A stretch of DNA of 64,000 bases from Takakia lepidozioides (lineage: Eukaryota > Plantae > Bryophyta): contig CM060731.1 of assembly GCA_030704615.1 (NCBI GenBank), positions 620,001-684,000 of the forward strand, given 5' to 3'. The translations under genes were made by a program, and so were the position numbers. The notes beneath the pieces are model-generated. The model was not told the DNA's origin. It did no database searches and was given only the letters and a program-made list of their open reading frames with translations. This document shows positions 1-12,534 of this stretch, piece by piece; position 1 is the stretch's first letter, and each line of letters begins with the position of its first letter.

Positions 1-29
1 GGCACGACAGACATAAGAGCCAGGATGGG

Positions 30-2856
30 TTGGTTCGACATCCAGCTGATAGCAAAGCATGGAGACACATTGACACCACATTTGCGGATTTTGCTGCAGA
101 GCCACGATCTCTGCGATTTGGATTGGCCTTAGACGGTGTAAATCCCTACGGAGCTCAATCCACAAGTTGGAGCACATGGCCCGTTCTCTTGGTCAATTAC
201 AATCTGCCTCCGTGGTTAATGACCAAAAAGTTCTTTGTCATGTTAGCGCTACTGATTCCTGGTAAGGAGTCTGTTACCTCGGACAACGTAGATGTTTACC
301 TGATGCCCCTAGTGGAAGAGCTATTGGAACTATGGAGAGGGATTGCAGCTCATGATGTTTCCCGTCCTCGTGGTCAACGCGAATTCACACTGAGGGCAGT
401 GTTGATGTGGTCAATCCATGACTACCCTGCATATGGCTTGCTCTCAGGTCAAGTGACGAAAGGTTATGCTGGTTGTCCAGCTTGTGGACCCGGGGTGACT
501 TCACAGCAGTTACACACATGTGGAAAAATTGTTTTCCTAGGCCACCGAAGATTTTTGGCCCGCAATCATCCATATAGAAGGTCAAGAATGTTCAATGGCG
601 CTACTGAGCATGGAACTCCTCCAAAAACGCAGACTGGAACACAAATCAAGGACCTTGCAACAGCTCGCACTGCATGGGTGGAAAACGGAGGGACGCCAGA
701 TAGCAGGACAGACCCAGCAAAAACTCATGGAGTTAAGCGATTGTCAATTTTATATGTCTTACCTTATTGGGAGGTAATTCCTTCATGGCCTTTAAATTGG
801 CTGTGTACATTTTTGCATTTTCTGTTTAAATTGTGATGAGTAAATGCTCAATTGCTTATGTGTTCATTTTGTAGGGTCTCCTCAACTGCCACACGTTTGA
901 CGCAATGCATTGCGAGAAGAACTTGGCTGAAAATATTATTAAAACTATCTTTGGTGAGAAAGACACATTGAAAGTTCGCTGTGATTTGGAGCTACTTGGG
1001 ATGCGCCCGGAATTGTGGCTACAACGTGATCCTGACAGAGCAGATACGTTAATTATGCCTCCTGCCCCTTATGTCCTCACTGAGGCTGAGTTACAAGTCT
1101 TTCTGGAGATTGTGCAGAACTTGAAAGTGCCAACAGGCTACGTATCAGCTTTCAAAAAGCATGTGGTGAAGAAGAAGTTGTCAGGCATGAAATCACATGA
1201 CTATCATGTGCTCATGCAGCAAATTATACCGCTTGCTATCCGTGGGCTCATGCCAAGTGGTCCTCGAAGGGCCATTTTGCGAGTATGTCGTGTATTTAAG
1301 AAGTTGTGTGCAAAAGTGGTGAATCCTATAGAGTATGAGGAATTGAGAACTGAAGCAGTTCTCACTCTGTGTCTTATAGAGAAGGAGTTCCCACCATCAT
1401 TTTTTGATGTGATGACACATCTGGTTGTTCACCTAGTGGATGAGTTGTACCTATGCGGGCCCGTAGCATCTCGTTGGATGTACCCCATGGAGCGGGCAAT
1501 GAAAGATATGAAGGGCTACGTAAGAAACATGGCAAGGCCCGAGGGGAGCATGGCAGAAGGATACCAATTTGAAGAAGCATTGGGTTTTTGCACAGAGTAT
1601 ATGGCAGGATTTGATGGAAGTGTACGAAGGGTGTGGGATGCAGATGAGGCAGAATCTGTGGAACGTGAAGTTGTGGAAGGAAGTTCTAAAGCCCGAAAAT
1701 TGAATGACCTGTGTGATATTGTACATGAGTACATCATTCAGAACCATCCTCGTCTATCAGTCATGTTGGGGTAAGAAATCTACTTCATTGACATTCAGAT
1801 TTCCAAGTTTTAGTCATTTATCATTAGTTGGCATATGGCGTCTTTTCAAATCTCCCACGCCACCTCTGTCAATCTCCTGGCTGACCCTCGGATTGTGACA
1901 GGATATATGAAGCAGAGTCCACACGGATAGAAGCCAGACGACGCTTGTTTCGTGCGGAGCAAGGGCTGGAAGGCATGAGCAATCCCACGGCAATTCAGTA
2001 CCCTCCTGATTTGCATCCTTGTCCTCCATTTGCTGTTTGGCTCCCTCAAGGTGTACGGGATCATCTCTCAATTCAATCAGATGGGCTTGATCCTACAACA
2101 CGCGAGGAATTACTGGATCTTTCAAGGCCTCCATCATTTACTGCCCTGTCATTCAAGAGTATGACAGCGTATGGTAACCATTACAGGGTTACATCCCCCG
2201 GCATGAACACAACAAGTATGGTGTCTTTTGATTGTGGAGTCTCATCTGTTTTCCAGCACTAGCCCATTACCAACAATTCAGGCAATGACATGGAGGAACC
2301 TACAAGATATGTGGGTCTTATAAGGGAGATTTTGCAAATTGACTATGGCCAAACACAGCCTATAGTGTTTTTGTGTTCGTGGGTACGGGCGAGTCACATG
2401 GATCGTCAACCTATGTCAATGAAGCAGGATGATGCTGGCTTCACACTTGTCAATTTTAACCATATGCTTCCACCTTCTGAGCAACCTTTTGTGTTTCCTG
2501 GCCAGGTTGATCAAGTGTTTTTCTTCTGATTGTGTGAAGGAGCCGGGGTGGAAAGTCGTCCTGGAGAAGAGCCCCCGAGCACGTAGAGTGGTCTGCACAT
2601 ATCAATTGATAATGATGATGTGGCGGAAGTGGAAGGATTGTTAGCCCCACAAAGACTAGAGGAGACTGTGGTTACTGATGGCCCAACATGCAGCCGAGTG
2701 GTACCGGTTACTCCAGAGCAGGTGGCCTCCTTGTACCTCCGAGCACCCCGTAAACGTGGTGATGATGTTCAGCCAACCCTTGGAGAAGATGAAGTCTGTG
2801 ATGAAGACAGTGATACATGTAGTGAGCCAAACATAGATGAGGATGATGAAGATTAG
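30..2856 (+). pseudogene. CACTA TnpD-like transposase (Transposase_21, DUF4218, DUF4216-like), degenerate
   Basis: Motifs RHPADSKAW, LALDGVNPY, YNLPPW, DAMHCEKN, MKSHDYH, FPPSFFDVMTHL, WMYPMER, QPFVFPGQVDQVFF. GT-AG intron 774-874 joins two ORFs in frame; second intron ~1771-1881. Stop at 2260 and frameshift near 2525. Confidence 0.9.
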
Positions 2857-3709
2857 ATATGCGCGATTTGTGCACTCCAGTTATAGACCATGCATGATAG
2901 TTTAAGGTGGTAACACTCCCTTCGCATTCCCATTAAGATATCATGCTTGGACACTGGATTTTATGATCAATTATGGAGTGCTTTCCTTTCAGCACCCTTT
3001 ATTCATTTGTTGTTGCAATTGGCTTTGGACCAACCCGTGTTGGTACCATTGCCATGGGTTTTGCGTGCAATGTTTTCTTGCCATGGATTCGGCACATGCC
3101 ACAAAAGGCCATCTAGACCATCCTCTGGAAATGCTCCAATGTTGTTTCAAACATCTCCACATTGCAATGGATACAACACTGACATTAGATGAGTGAAAGT
3201 GAGACTAGACCTCCAGCCAGCCGGCTTTCCCACATCAAATTGAAGGGGATCTGTAGATTATAGATAAGGGCTGTTGCCTTCTCAATGTCTTTTCCAATGA
3301 CCTCTGCAATGAACTGGGGTATAAGATCATTCAAATCACAAGTTTGAGCATCACGCACAAGCCACTTACGGGGATAGAGTTTCCAATGCGAACCATTGGT
3401 CTTTTATTGATAGCATTGTTGTAAAATACATGGACCAACATGGTCAATTTCGGGAATGACATATAGTACGCTTTCATGTACTATGTAAGCATGCAACTAT
3501 GTACCAGTGACGTGGCTTGTTCACCACTTAACTTGTTTGCCCATTCAGCCAGCTCCACATTGTCATGGATTTTGCATGCTGGATTGTGAGACCATCCACA
3601 CCGTCCTCTGGAAATGCTATCATGGGGTTTCAGCTATGTCCACATTTCCCTGGATTATGCCTGCACGAAGCAAGGCCAACTGCATTCAGCACCCTCCACT
3701 TTATTATAG

Positions 3710-4324
3710 TGTCGCGCACCTCACTTCGGTAAGCTCCCCTTCCAGTCATAGTTACTCGCTCCGATGCGCGCGCCTGACTCCCAACCTGGCCGCCCGGGCC
3801 AACTTGGAGCTTCGGCTGCTCACCAGGACATAACGGTCCCCCCTTCGCTTCCCACTAAACCCTCCACCTATTGGGCCTAGGAGAATTCCGTTTGGTAGAT
3901 GGCAGTCCGGAACAGCTCCCCACTCTTTGGTCGCTTTCCGGCTCGCTCGCTTACTCACTAGTTTTTTGTCACCAACGGGCTTGCACCGTTCTCGGGATCA
4001 CTACTCCCCTTATATATACTTCTATAGCTGTCCGCGGGGGTTTCACAACCAGCCATGCCATTTTATGGCGAACCACCACGAAAACCCTCGACTCCCGGTG
4101 ATGAGTCGCGGTGAGTCTTGGCCCACTCACCACGGCCCCTCTGGACCGTGATGAGTCCCAAGACTCCCCACGACTCCCACCACGAGGTCTCCCCCCCCAT
4201 GGTGAGTCCTATGCCACCCCCACTAAGTCCCGCTAAGCTACCACCACCCCTTGTGGAACCACCCCCACCGCAACCCGGTGTGCGGGGCTCCACCTAGTGA
4301 GCGCCTCCGCCTCCTTGAGTGCCT
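3710..4324 (-). repeat. 3' LTR of copy A, truncated and fused to integrase by an ~2-kb deletion
   Basis: Matches the other LTRs up to CTCCTTGAGTGCCT, then switches directly to integrase sequence (AIMVV) at a CCT microhomology. Confidence 0.9.
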
Positions 4325-5506
4325 ATCCCCCACCACCATGATTGCATCGAATCCTTTTGACAGCGGCATAGCAGTCATGAAATCCATCGAGACACTTTCC
4401 CAAGTCCCCTCTGGAATCGGCAAGGGTTGTAACAGCCCCGCTTGCTTTTTGTACTCGCTCCGGTTTTGTTGGCATGTGGTGCATGTCTTGACATACTCCT
4501 CTGCCTCCTCCCTCAGTTTGGGCCATAAATACTCTTTCTTCAAGAGTGCCGCAGTGCGCTTGGCTCCGCCGTGGCCCGCAAGCGGGCTATCATGGCATTC
4601 TCTCAAGAGGCTATCTCTGATCCCTCCTTTCGGCACGTAGAGACGCTTTTGCTTATACCGGAGCAGTCCATTTTGCAAGTGGAACTGCGATTTAACCCCC
4701 ATCCTCAAGTCCTACATCATGGACTTCGCCAGCTTATCCTTCCGGCAAGCCTTCCGGATCTTCCTTTGCAGCGCCGTCTCGCCCTTGTACACCAACAAGA
4801 GCTGCTGCTTTCTACTTAAAGCATCGGCCACCACGTTGTCTCGTCCCGGTTTGTACTGGATATCCACGTCGAACACCGCCAAAGTATCTTGCCACCTAAG
4901 TTGTTTTGGGGACAACTTGGGCTGCATGGCAAAATACTTCACCGTGACATTGTCCGTGAACACCTTCACTGGGTTGGAACCAACATAGTGGCGCCAAAGC
5001 TCAAGACAGTGCACCACCGCCTTCATCTCTTTCTCGTGCATCGGCCACCGTCGCTCCACTTCATTCAGTTTCTTACTTTCGTAAGCCACTGGGCGTCCAT
5101 CTTGCATCAGTACACCCCCAATCGCGAAGTCCGACGCATCTGTGTGTATCTCGAACGGACGATCGAACTCCGGGATTTTCAAGACTGGAGCTTCCGCCAT
5201 CCGCTGCTTCAATTCAGCAAAAGCTTGGCCACAAAAGATGTTCCATGCCCAGACTTTAGATTTACACAGAAGGTCTAACAGCGGCCCCGCAATCTTGGCG
5301 AAATTTCTCACATACTTCCGGTAATAGGAGGCGAGTCCTAGGAAGGATCGCACTCCCGGGACCGAAGTCGGAGGCTCCCAGTCCAAGATCGCCCTCACCT
5401 TTCTGTCATCCATTTTGACCCCATCCTGTGTAATCACATGCCCCAGGAACTCCACTTTTGTGACCCCGAATTCGCACTTTGAAGCTTTGGCATACAGCTT
5501 CCCTTC
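4325..5506 (-). pseudogene. Copy A pol: RT C-terminus, RNase H, integrase N-terminus
   Basis: [48 protein letters not shown]; nearly identical to 38140-39320. Confidence 0.93.
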
Positions 5507-5592
5507 TGTCGTGCGCATACATATCGCTACACAACTACATCGCTGTCCAAACCACACCACACATATATGCACAATAAAGTAGTCTGCCACAA

Positions 5593-5831
5593 TGATAAAC
5601 AAGCTAAAAAGGACACACACTCCCAACACAAGAAATATGAAATCCATCGCTATCACTCATTGAAACAGAAGTCGAGCCAGGGGCACCCCAAGCTATGAGG
5701 ACTCCACCCCACAACAACCTGTACCCCTACATAAGCACACTCAAACCTAAACGATGCAGGAGCTCGGTCGCGCAGGCTCAACTCGAGAGAGATGAGCTGC
5801 GCGACTGCCGCTCTCGTGAAGATAAGACGGA
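5593..5831 (-). repeat. Partial 3' LTR of the DNMT element (lacks its first 116 bp)
   Basis: Nearly identical to 15909-16147; joined directly to a truncated integrase (GQRAELLR). Confidence 0.88.
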
Positions 5832-8492
5832 GCAACTCTGCACGCTGCCCACATGCACGTGCCCACATGCACGTGCCCACACGTCCGGATCGTCAAGGTT
5901 AAGAACTACAGCAGCTTCTCTGCGAATGGATGCAGACAAATCTGGCTCTCGGCCAAAGAGCAGAAAGTATGGTGAGAAGGAGGCAAGTGATGCTTGCTTG
6001 CTGAACCTGTAGCCCATGGCTAACCAGGGTAACTGAAGGTCCCAATCTCCTAGATGTCCCTTCTGCAAGCCATACTTGCGCAAACCCCTCTTTACTGTCT
6101 GAACAACCCTCTCTGCCAAGCCATCGGCCTCAGGATGATCCCGAGAAGTGGTGCGGTGGTCTATCAAGGCCTTGTCACACAAAGCCTGAAACTCCCCCAA
6201 GAACTCTCTCCCTTGGTCCGTGAGTACCTCAGCTGGAGCACCGAATCGGCTAAGCACACAATCCAAGAATGCATACGCAGCTCCCTCACTAGCCTTATCA
6301 GGCAATGGAACCAACTCAATCCACTTGGAGAAGTGCTCCACCATCACCAACACATACTTGTTGTGACGCATGGTCAGTGGCAACGGCCCTGCGAAGTCAA
6401 GACTTCACTTGTAGCCCAATCCCATGATCGGAAGAGGGTGCAATTGTGGAGTAGGGGCGTTGAATGAAGCACGCACCCTGTCACACACCATGCACCTAGC
6501 CACAAATTGTTGCACCTCTGTGTGCATACCACGCCACCAATACTGCCCCTGCAGTAGGCTATGAGTGCGTCGCACTCCAAAATGCCCCAACTCTCATGGG
6601 CATGCCGCACTAACCGTGCCCGCTGTGTTGGGTGAGGCACAATCCTCACTCGACCATCCTCCCACACTCGGAGCAGGTGTGTCCCCTCCCACTTGAACCT
6701 CTTGGCTCGTTGTAGGATCCGATCCCTCTCCTTGGCAGTCACAGTGGTTGCCGTGTCTCCAGTGCGAAGATAGTCCAACACAGCTGAATCCTCATGTATA
6801 TCTTTGGCGCCACCTTGCTCATTGCTGGCCTCAGGGTCCTCAAACACTTGATCCACAGTCATCCCTGTTGCAGGTCCAACCTGGCCTTCCGCTGCCAAGA
6901 TACAAAGAAATGCAGATGCATGCCATCCGGGCACCATCTCCTCGTCCGTCTCACCATGCCACCGAGCTCCAGTGTCATCCTGCTGGCTCGTGCATGGATT
7001 GCGACTCAACCCATCTGCATTGCGATTGACCAAACCCGGTCGATGCACCACCTGGAAGTCATACTCTTGAAGGATGAGTGCCCACCGTGCAAGCTTCCCC
7101 GTAAGCTTGTCTGACTCCATCAACCACTTGAGTGGTTGGTGATCCGTGACAAGGGTGAAGAGATTGCCATATAGATAGCACCTGAAGTGCGCCACGGCCC
7201 ACACTGCAGCTAAGCATTCTCCCTCATATGAGCTATACTTAGACTCTGCAGCATTGTTCGAGCGGCTAGCATAAGCCACTACGAACTCTTTTCCCTCATC
7301 ATCCACCTGTGTGAGCACCGCTCCAAGCCCCAGCATGCTCCAATCTGTATGCAGCTGAAAAGGACGCCCCCTGATAGGTCGTCTCACGATGGGTGCCGAG
7401 GTCAACCTCGCCTTGAGCTCTTGAAAAGCTCGTTCTTGCTCATCTTCCCACTGCCACTCCTGGTCCACCTTGGTCAGCTTGGTTAGAGCCTTTGCAATGG
7501 CACTAAATCCCTTAACAAACCGTCTGTAATAGTTTGCTAACCCCATGAAAGCTCGAACTTGGCTCACATCCGTGGGGCGTGGAACCTATGCAATGGACTC
7601 TACCTTAGTCTGCTGTACCCCCAATCCTCCAGGATATATCATGTGACCCAGATACTCAATCTGGTTGTGGAAAAACTTGCATTTTCCCGGATGTAACTTC
7701 AATCTGTGCGCCCTCAAGCGCTCAAATACCCCCTGAAGGTGTCTCTCATGCTCCTCCACCGTAGCACTAAAGATGATGATGTCATCTATGTAGCACCGAG
7801 CAAACTCCACCCCTGCTAGAATCCTGTCCATGACTCTTTGAAACTCAGCGGGAGCGTTTTTTAAGCCCAAATGGTAAGAACCGCCACTGGTATAGGCAAT
7901 CCTTCCCGTGCTCATTGATCCCCCAGAATGTCGTCTTTTGTTTATCCGCCTCCTTGATCGGCAACTGGTGATATCCGGATCGTAAATCCAACGTGCTAAA
8001 GACCTTGGAATGCCCAATGGCATCAAAGATCTCCTCTGGTGTCGGCATGGCATACCTATCGGACTTGGTCTGACGATTTACAGGCCGGTAATCACCGCAC
8101 ATACGTCTCTCCGTCCAATTGCCATAGACATCCTTCTTAGCTGGCATCACTGTGGCTGAAGCATACTCTCCACCAGAGAGCTCCACCAAACCTGCCTCCC
8201 AGAGATCTTGAGTCCTCATCTGAATCAAAGACCTCTCCATGTCACTGTATCTATAGGGTCTCCGAAAGATTGGCGTGTCAGTGGCCAACTCAATACGGAT
8301 CTCTTGACCCTTCAGTGCTCCCAAGTCCTTCAAACTGAAGGCAAAGCAATTCCTGTAAGCCCTCAGGAACCGCCGTATACGTCGTCTCTCTCCTCCAGTG
8401 ACAATGGGTCCAATGTCAGGCTCCCAATTGTCCTCCGTAACTGCAACCTTAAGTCCAGTGGGCTTAGAGGTAGAGGACGCGTCCCGTGGTTG
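5832..8492 (-). pseudogene. DNMT element pol: RT, RNase H, integrase; frameshifts and stops
   Basis: [67 protein letters not shown]. Frameshifts near 7860, 6590 and 6400; TAG at 7586. Confidence 0.93.
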
Positions 8493-9884
8493 CTATGCTG
8501 CAACCTCTTGAGCAGTACTCCCTTCCTGCTCAGTCAATGACAAGGCCTCATCCTGCCCCATCATCTCATCATTGAGAACCTCCTCATCCCGAGAAGAATC
8601 CCCAACCTCATCCATCATAGCTGCCTTGGCTGCCAACTCCCTCTGAACCTCGAGCACCTCCCACATGTGCCATGGATGTCTACACCCCGTGGTCCTCACC
8701 GGCTCGCCCCCACTCGCTGCCTGTACCGTCTCGGTAGGCAGAGAGACCATCAAGGGAAGTGTACTCCGCACTCTACGTTGCTCAGCCATAGCCAAGCTGA
8801 CAATCCAGGTCAAGCAATTGAGATCCATTGCTTGCCCCAACACCTGACGACGTGATGCCTCAGAAAAAGAAGGCACCGCCGTGGTCCCAGTGGAAAACCC
8901 CATAGCCCGCTCTCGCTCGTCGGCATTAGGCTCCACTAACTGCTGCAACTGAGCATCCCACAGGAGGCCAGGTCCACCATCCCTAAAAGCATGGGAGCCT
9001 GGGAAGCTGAGCAATGTAGGTAATGCTGCTCGTGGGTGACCCATCCTGTTGACCACTGCCAACGGCGAACGGTCATTATGTCTCACACGTTGAGACTGCC
9101 TCCCTGTGTCCAAAATGCCATCCACGGTGAGGTGTGCTGGGCGCTGCACCCCATCAAATGCACGCTTGAGCAGTGCGGGTGGCATCAAGTTAGTCCACCA
9201 AAGCCGTGGACGATGAGCCCGTGACCCCACTGCAGCTGCATCCAGCAACACTGCTGACCCAAGCCACGACCGGACTTGATGCACACTGGCCATCACCCTG
9301 GCCCGAGAATCACCCCTCAGTGGCACATTCTCCAAGATGTATGCCGGAGATACAGCCTGATGAAGCTGCAAGTGGCGCAAAATCCGCACCATCTCCAAAA
9401 ACAGACCCGTCCTTGAGTCTCGCAATCCATTGCCATGCCCGGCTGATGAATGCCCTTGGCAGGGCCAACCTGCCACTACCAGATCAATGGAGCCAACCCG
9501 CTCCAAATCCTGCGCCCCCAGCAACGCAATGTCTGCTGGCAAGGCCTGCTGATATCCACGAACTGCAGACACCGGCAACAACTCAGGGTACTGCTGCACC
9601 ATCTGAGCAACATGGCGCAGTGAGACGCGTCGTGCAGTCTCATCCCTCTCCACATACAGGTAACGTCGAACTCGTACACCTGCCTGCAGCACTGCAGCCA
9701 ATCCAGTGCTGATCCCGCCAAACAAGTCCAGAAGGCATATGCCTTCATCCGGCCGCTGCCACACAAGAGGTGTGGTGTCCAATGACGACAACTGAGGTGG
9801 TCCTGGTGCAATACCCGCACTCTCATCCTCTCCTGACGGAACAAAAGCCTCTACCCAGGCTTGTTGTACCCGTCGATCGCTCAA
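8493..9884 (-). CDS. C5-cytosine DNA methyltransferase domain (DNMT3/DRM-like) inside the retrotransposon polyprotein
   Basis: Motif I LDLFGGI, II YVE, IV GWPCQG, VI ENV, VIII RPRLWW, IX ERAMGF, X RQVLGQAM, in canonical order. Same frame as RT, separated only by TAG 8493-8495. Confidence 0.93.
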   Translation of the reverse strand: MSDRRVQQAWVEAFVPSGEDESAGIAPGPPQLSSLDTTPLVWQRPDEGICLLDLFGGISTGLAAVLQAGVRVRRYLYVERDETARRVSLRHVAQMVQQYPELLPVSAVRGYQQALPADIALLGAQDLERVGSIDLVVAGWPCQGHSSAGHGNGLRDSRTGLFLEMVRILRHLQLHQAVSPAYILENVPLRGDSRARVMASVHQVRSWLGSAVLLDAAAVGSRAHRPRLWWTNLMPPALLKRAFDGVQRPAHLTVDGILDTGRQSQRVRHNDRSPLAVVNRMGHPRAALPTLLSFPGSHAFRDGGPGLLWDAQLQQLVEPNADERERAMGFSTGTTAVPSFSEASRRQVLGQAMDLNCLTWIVSLAMAEQRRVRSTLPLMVSLPTETVQAASGGEPVRTTGCRHPWHMWEVLEVQRELAAKAAMMDEVGDSSRDEEVLNDEMMGQDEALSLTEQEGSTAQEVAA

Positions 9885-12015
9885 AGGCTGGCCTAGCTGG
9901 CAGCTCCGTCAACCTGGCAGCTGCAGCTTGCCAGGGCGCAGCCGTGGCAGTCTTGACCCTCAAATCCAAGGATCCCTCTGCCACTACACCTCCCACTAAC
10001 TCCGCAGAAGATGAAATGACCTCCCCACTCTCACAGAGTGTTGCTGCTAGTCTGAACACTGCAGCTGGCCTTACCCCCGGCGTCGCAATCATTGTTGCCG
10101 AGAACAGTGGGGCCTGACACACAGAGGTGGCTGCCCCCAATAACACACCGGCCGCACTAGCCTTGGCAGCAGGAGTCAATGCTGCACGTGTAGCTCTCCC
10201 CAATGGCATAGTAACCTCCGCCTCGGTAACAGTCGGGCGAGAACTAGGTGCCATGGATGGCGTCGATACAGTCTCCCCCAATGTGAATGACTGAGGAAGC
10301 CTCGCCTGACGGCTTGCCTCCCCACGCTGTGGATCCAATTCCACCTCTACACCTCGTGGCTCAGGAACTCGTGCTGTTCCTCGAGTCACGGCTGCAGCAG
10401 ACTCCACCTGCTCTAGTGGTAGTGCTGCTCCGCACATAAATCCCATGCCTCCCATATCTCCTCCCTCAGGAGCAGGAGGTGGACCATCCCGCCTGGGAGC
10501 CGGTACCGCCTGGGCTATAGCCATGGCAGCGAGCTTCTGCTCTAGCTGCTGAAGCCGATTGGCCATGCCTTGGTTAACACCCTGACCTCCGCGTCCTTGG
10601 CCATGTGGAGCTTGCCCTTGGCCTGCACCTCGTGCCCGACCACCTCGTCCTCTTTGGGCTGGTCCACCTCGCCCCCGGCCACCATTGTTCCCTTGGAACT
10701 GGCCTGGGCGCAACTCAGGATGCAAGTCATAACACTGGGCATCTCCATGCCCATACTTGCCACAATGCCCACACTGCAACTGTGCAGGCTGTGCTTGTGC
10801 CGGCCTTTTGCCACTCTCTAGGCAATCTCTCTTGACATGGGGTCCTCCACATGTCCAACATATCACCCCTGGTTGCTGTTGGCCTGCAAAAGATGCCACG
10901 GGCCTCTGCACCTGAGGTCCCCTGTAAGCTCCATGGAACTTGGGCTGGGCAACCTTGCCCCCCTGACCACGCTGTTGGGCAGTCCCTTGTGCCTGTGGGC
11001 TGACAGCTGTGCCCCGTGCAGGCATGTCCTTGCCAAATCCAATTGTAACAACTCGCTCCTCCACCATGTTGAGCTCAATCCGCTCAGCCAGCAGAAACAC
11101 ATCTGCTAATGTGGGTTGGGCTGCTTGTAACTGGGTTGCATCTCGCACCCTTCTCTTGAGCTCCTTGTCCAGAATTCCATACCAAAACTGGATTGCCTGA
11201 GCTTCAGTAACCCCTTGGGTCACACTTATCAAGCGCCTCATACGAGTGTACGCCTCTCGCAGGCTCTCACTGGGTTTGCGCTGGAAGTCTTGCAAACTTC
11301 GCAGCTTCTCTGTCCGTACACCTTGGTAGTTCCTCCGCAACTCCTGGAAGAACTCCACCACCGGGTTGAATCTAGGCACATGTGTTGTCGTCGTGGCAGG
11401 AGGAGTAGTAGCACCTTTTGAACTGGTACCACCTGCAGAAGTACCAGCACTACTTGCTCCACTACTAGTGCTGGCAGTGGGAGCTATTGGTACTGATGCA
11501 GCTACTGGTCACGTCGTGCCTCGAGTAATGGAGACGTAGTCAGGTGACCAATACATCCTCCACTCCTCAATCTCTGCTTCATGTCCTCGCCTGAACTCGT
11601 GGTAATCGTCCATAGGCGGGCCTTCCAAATGCTGGAACAGTCCCTTCCACGCCATGAATAGGGTGAATAGCTGTGGATTGCGCATCTGCTGCAAATCACA
11701 CCAGCTGTCGAACTCGTGGATAAAGTCATCCAACTCAATTGTGCCCACAGCTCCAGACTACCTACGAGGCCCCTTGGTGGCTCCATACATCTCCTCCATG
11801 TCGTCCCACAACAATGGCGAATGAAAGTGCACACCTGTTGATGAAGCCTCCGAGTCTGTGTCTGACTCTACAGTAATTGAGGGTGGCGGTGAAGGTGGTC
11901 TGAACCGACTACCTCGTCTTGTGAACCCACTCTCACTGTTACTGCCTGTAGCTGTACTCCCCTCAAAACCTTTGGGTAACTCCGTAATGACACTCACAAT
12001 GTGCACCTCCTCCAC
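9823..12015 (-). pseudogene. DNMT element gag (capsid-like region plus two Zn knuckles), stops/frameshift in the N-terminal part
   Basis: QRKPSESLREAYTR, CWTCGGPHVKRDC, CGHCGKYGHGDAQC, RGG-rich tail. N-terminus ELDDFIHEFDSWCDLQQ is homologous to 25165-25485. Confidence 0.85.
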
Positions 12016-12534
12016 GTGACACTATAAGGCTCTAGTACTAATCTAATAGTGACACGGGTGGGCACCTGTTGCAGTTTAAGGGTCATATCCCAATGGCTCA
12101 GGGCACCTGCACCTGCATCCACCGCAAGAACTCCTATGGTTGGCTGGTCATCAACCCAGCCTCACCATAGAAGAAACACTGGTGGTCTTGCTGGTCATCA
12201 CTCCAGCCTCACCACCGACAGCACACTCTAGGATTGACCGGTGATCAAATCCGGCCTAATCCCTATGAAAGCAAGCGCCCACACAAAACCAACATGGCGC
12301 ACAGTCAAGCATGCAGGTGTTGGGGGGGATCCAAACACAAGAAATCAAAACATCAACACCCCCACACCAAAATCCAGCAGCAACGCTGATCCTGCAGAAT
12401 ATCCCAGCCCAAAACCCCGGACTGACTGGCCTCCACCAAGAGAGGCTTTGGCAACTACAAGTACAAGGTAATGAAAATAGTACAGAGATGGAGGGGAAGA
12501 ATAGAAGCCCGACCAAGCAAGATCTAATCCTGAT

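Noticed and set aside
8493-9884. Host DRM/DNMT3 gene or bacterial contaminant
   Set aside because: Intronless, in frame with RT, inside LTRs and TSD; motif order is not permuted as in DRM.
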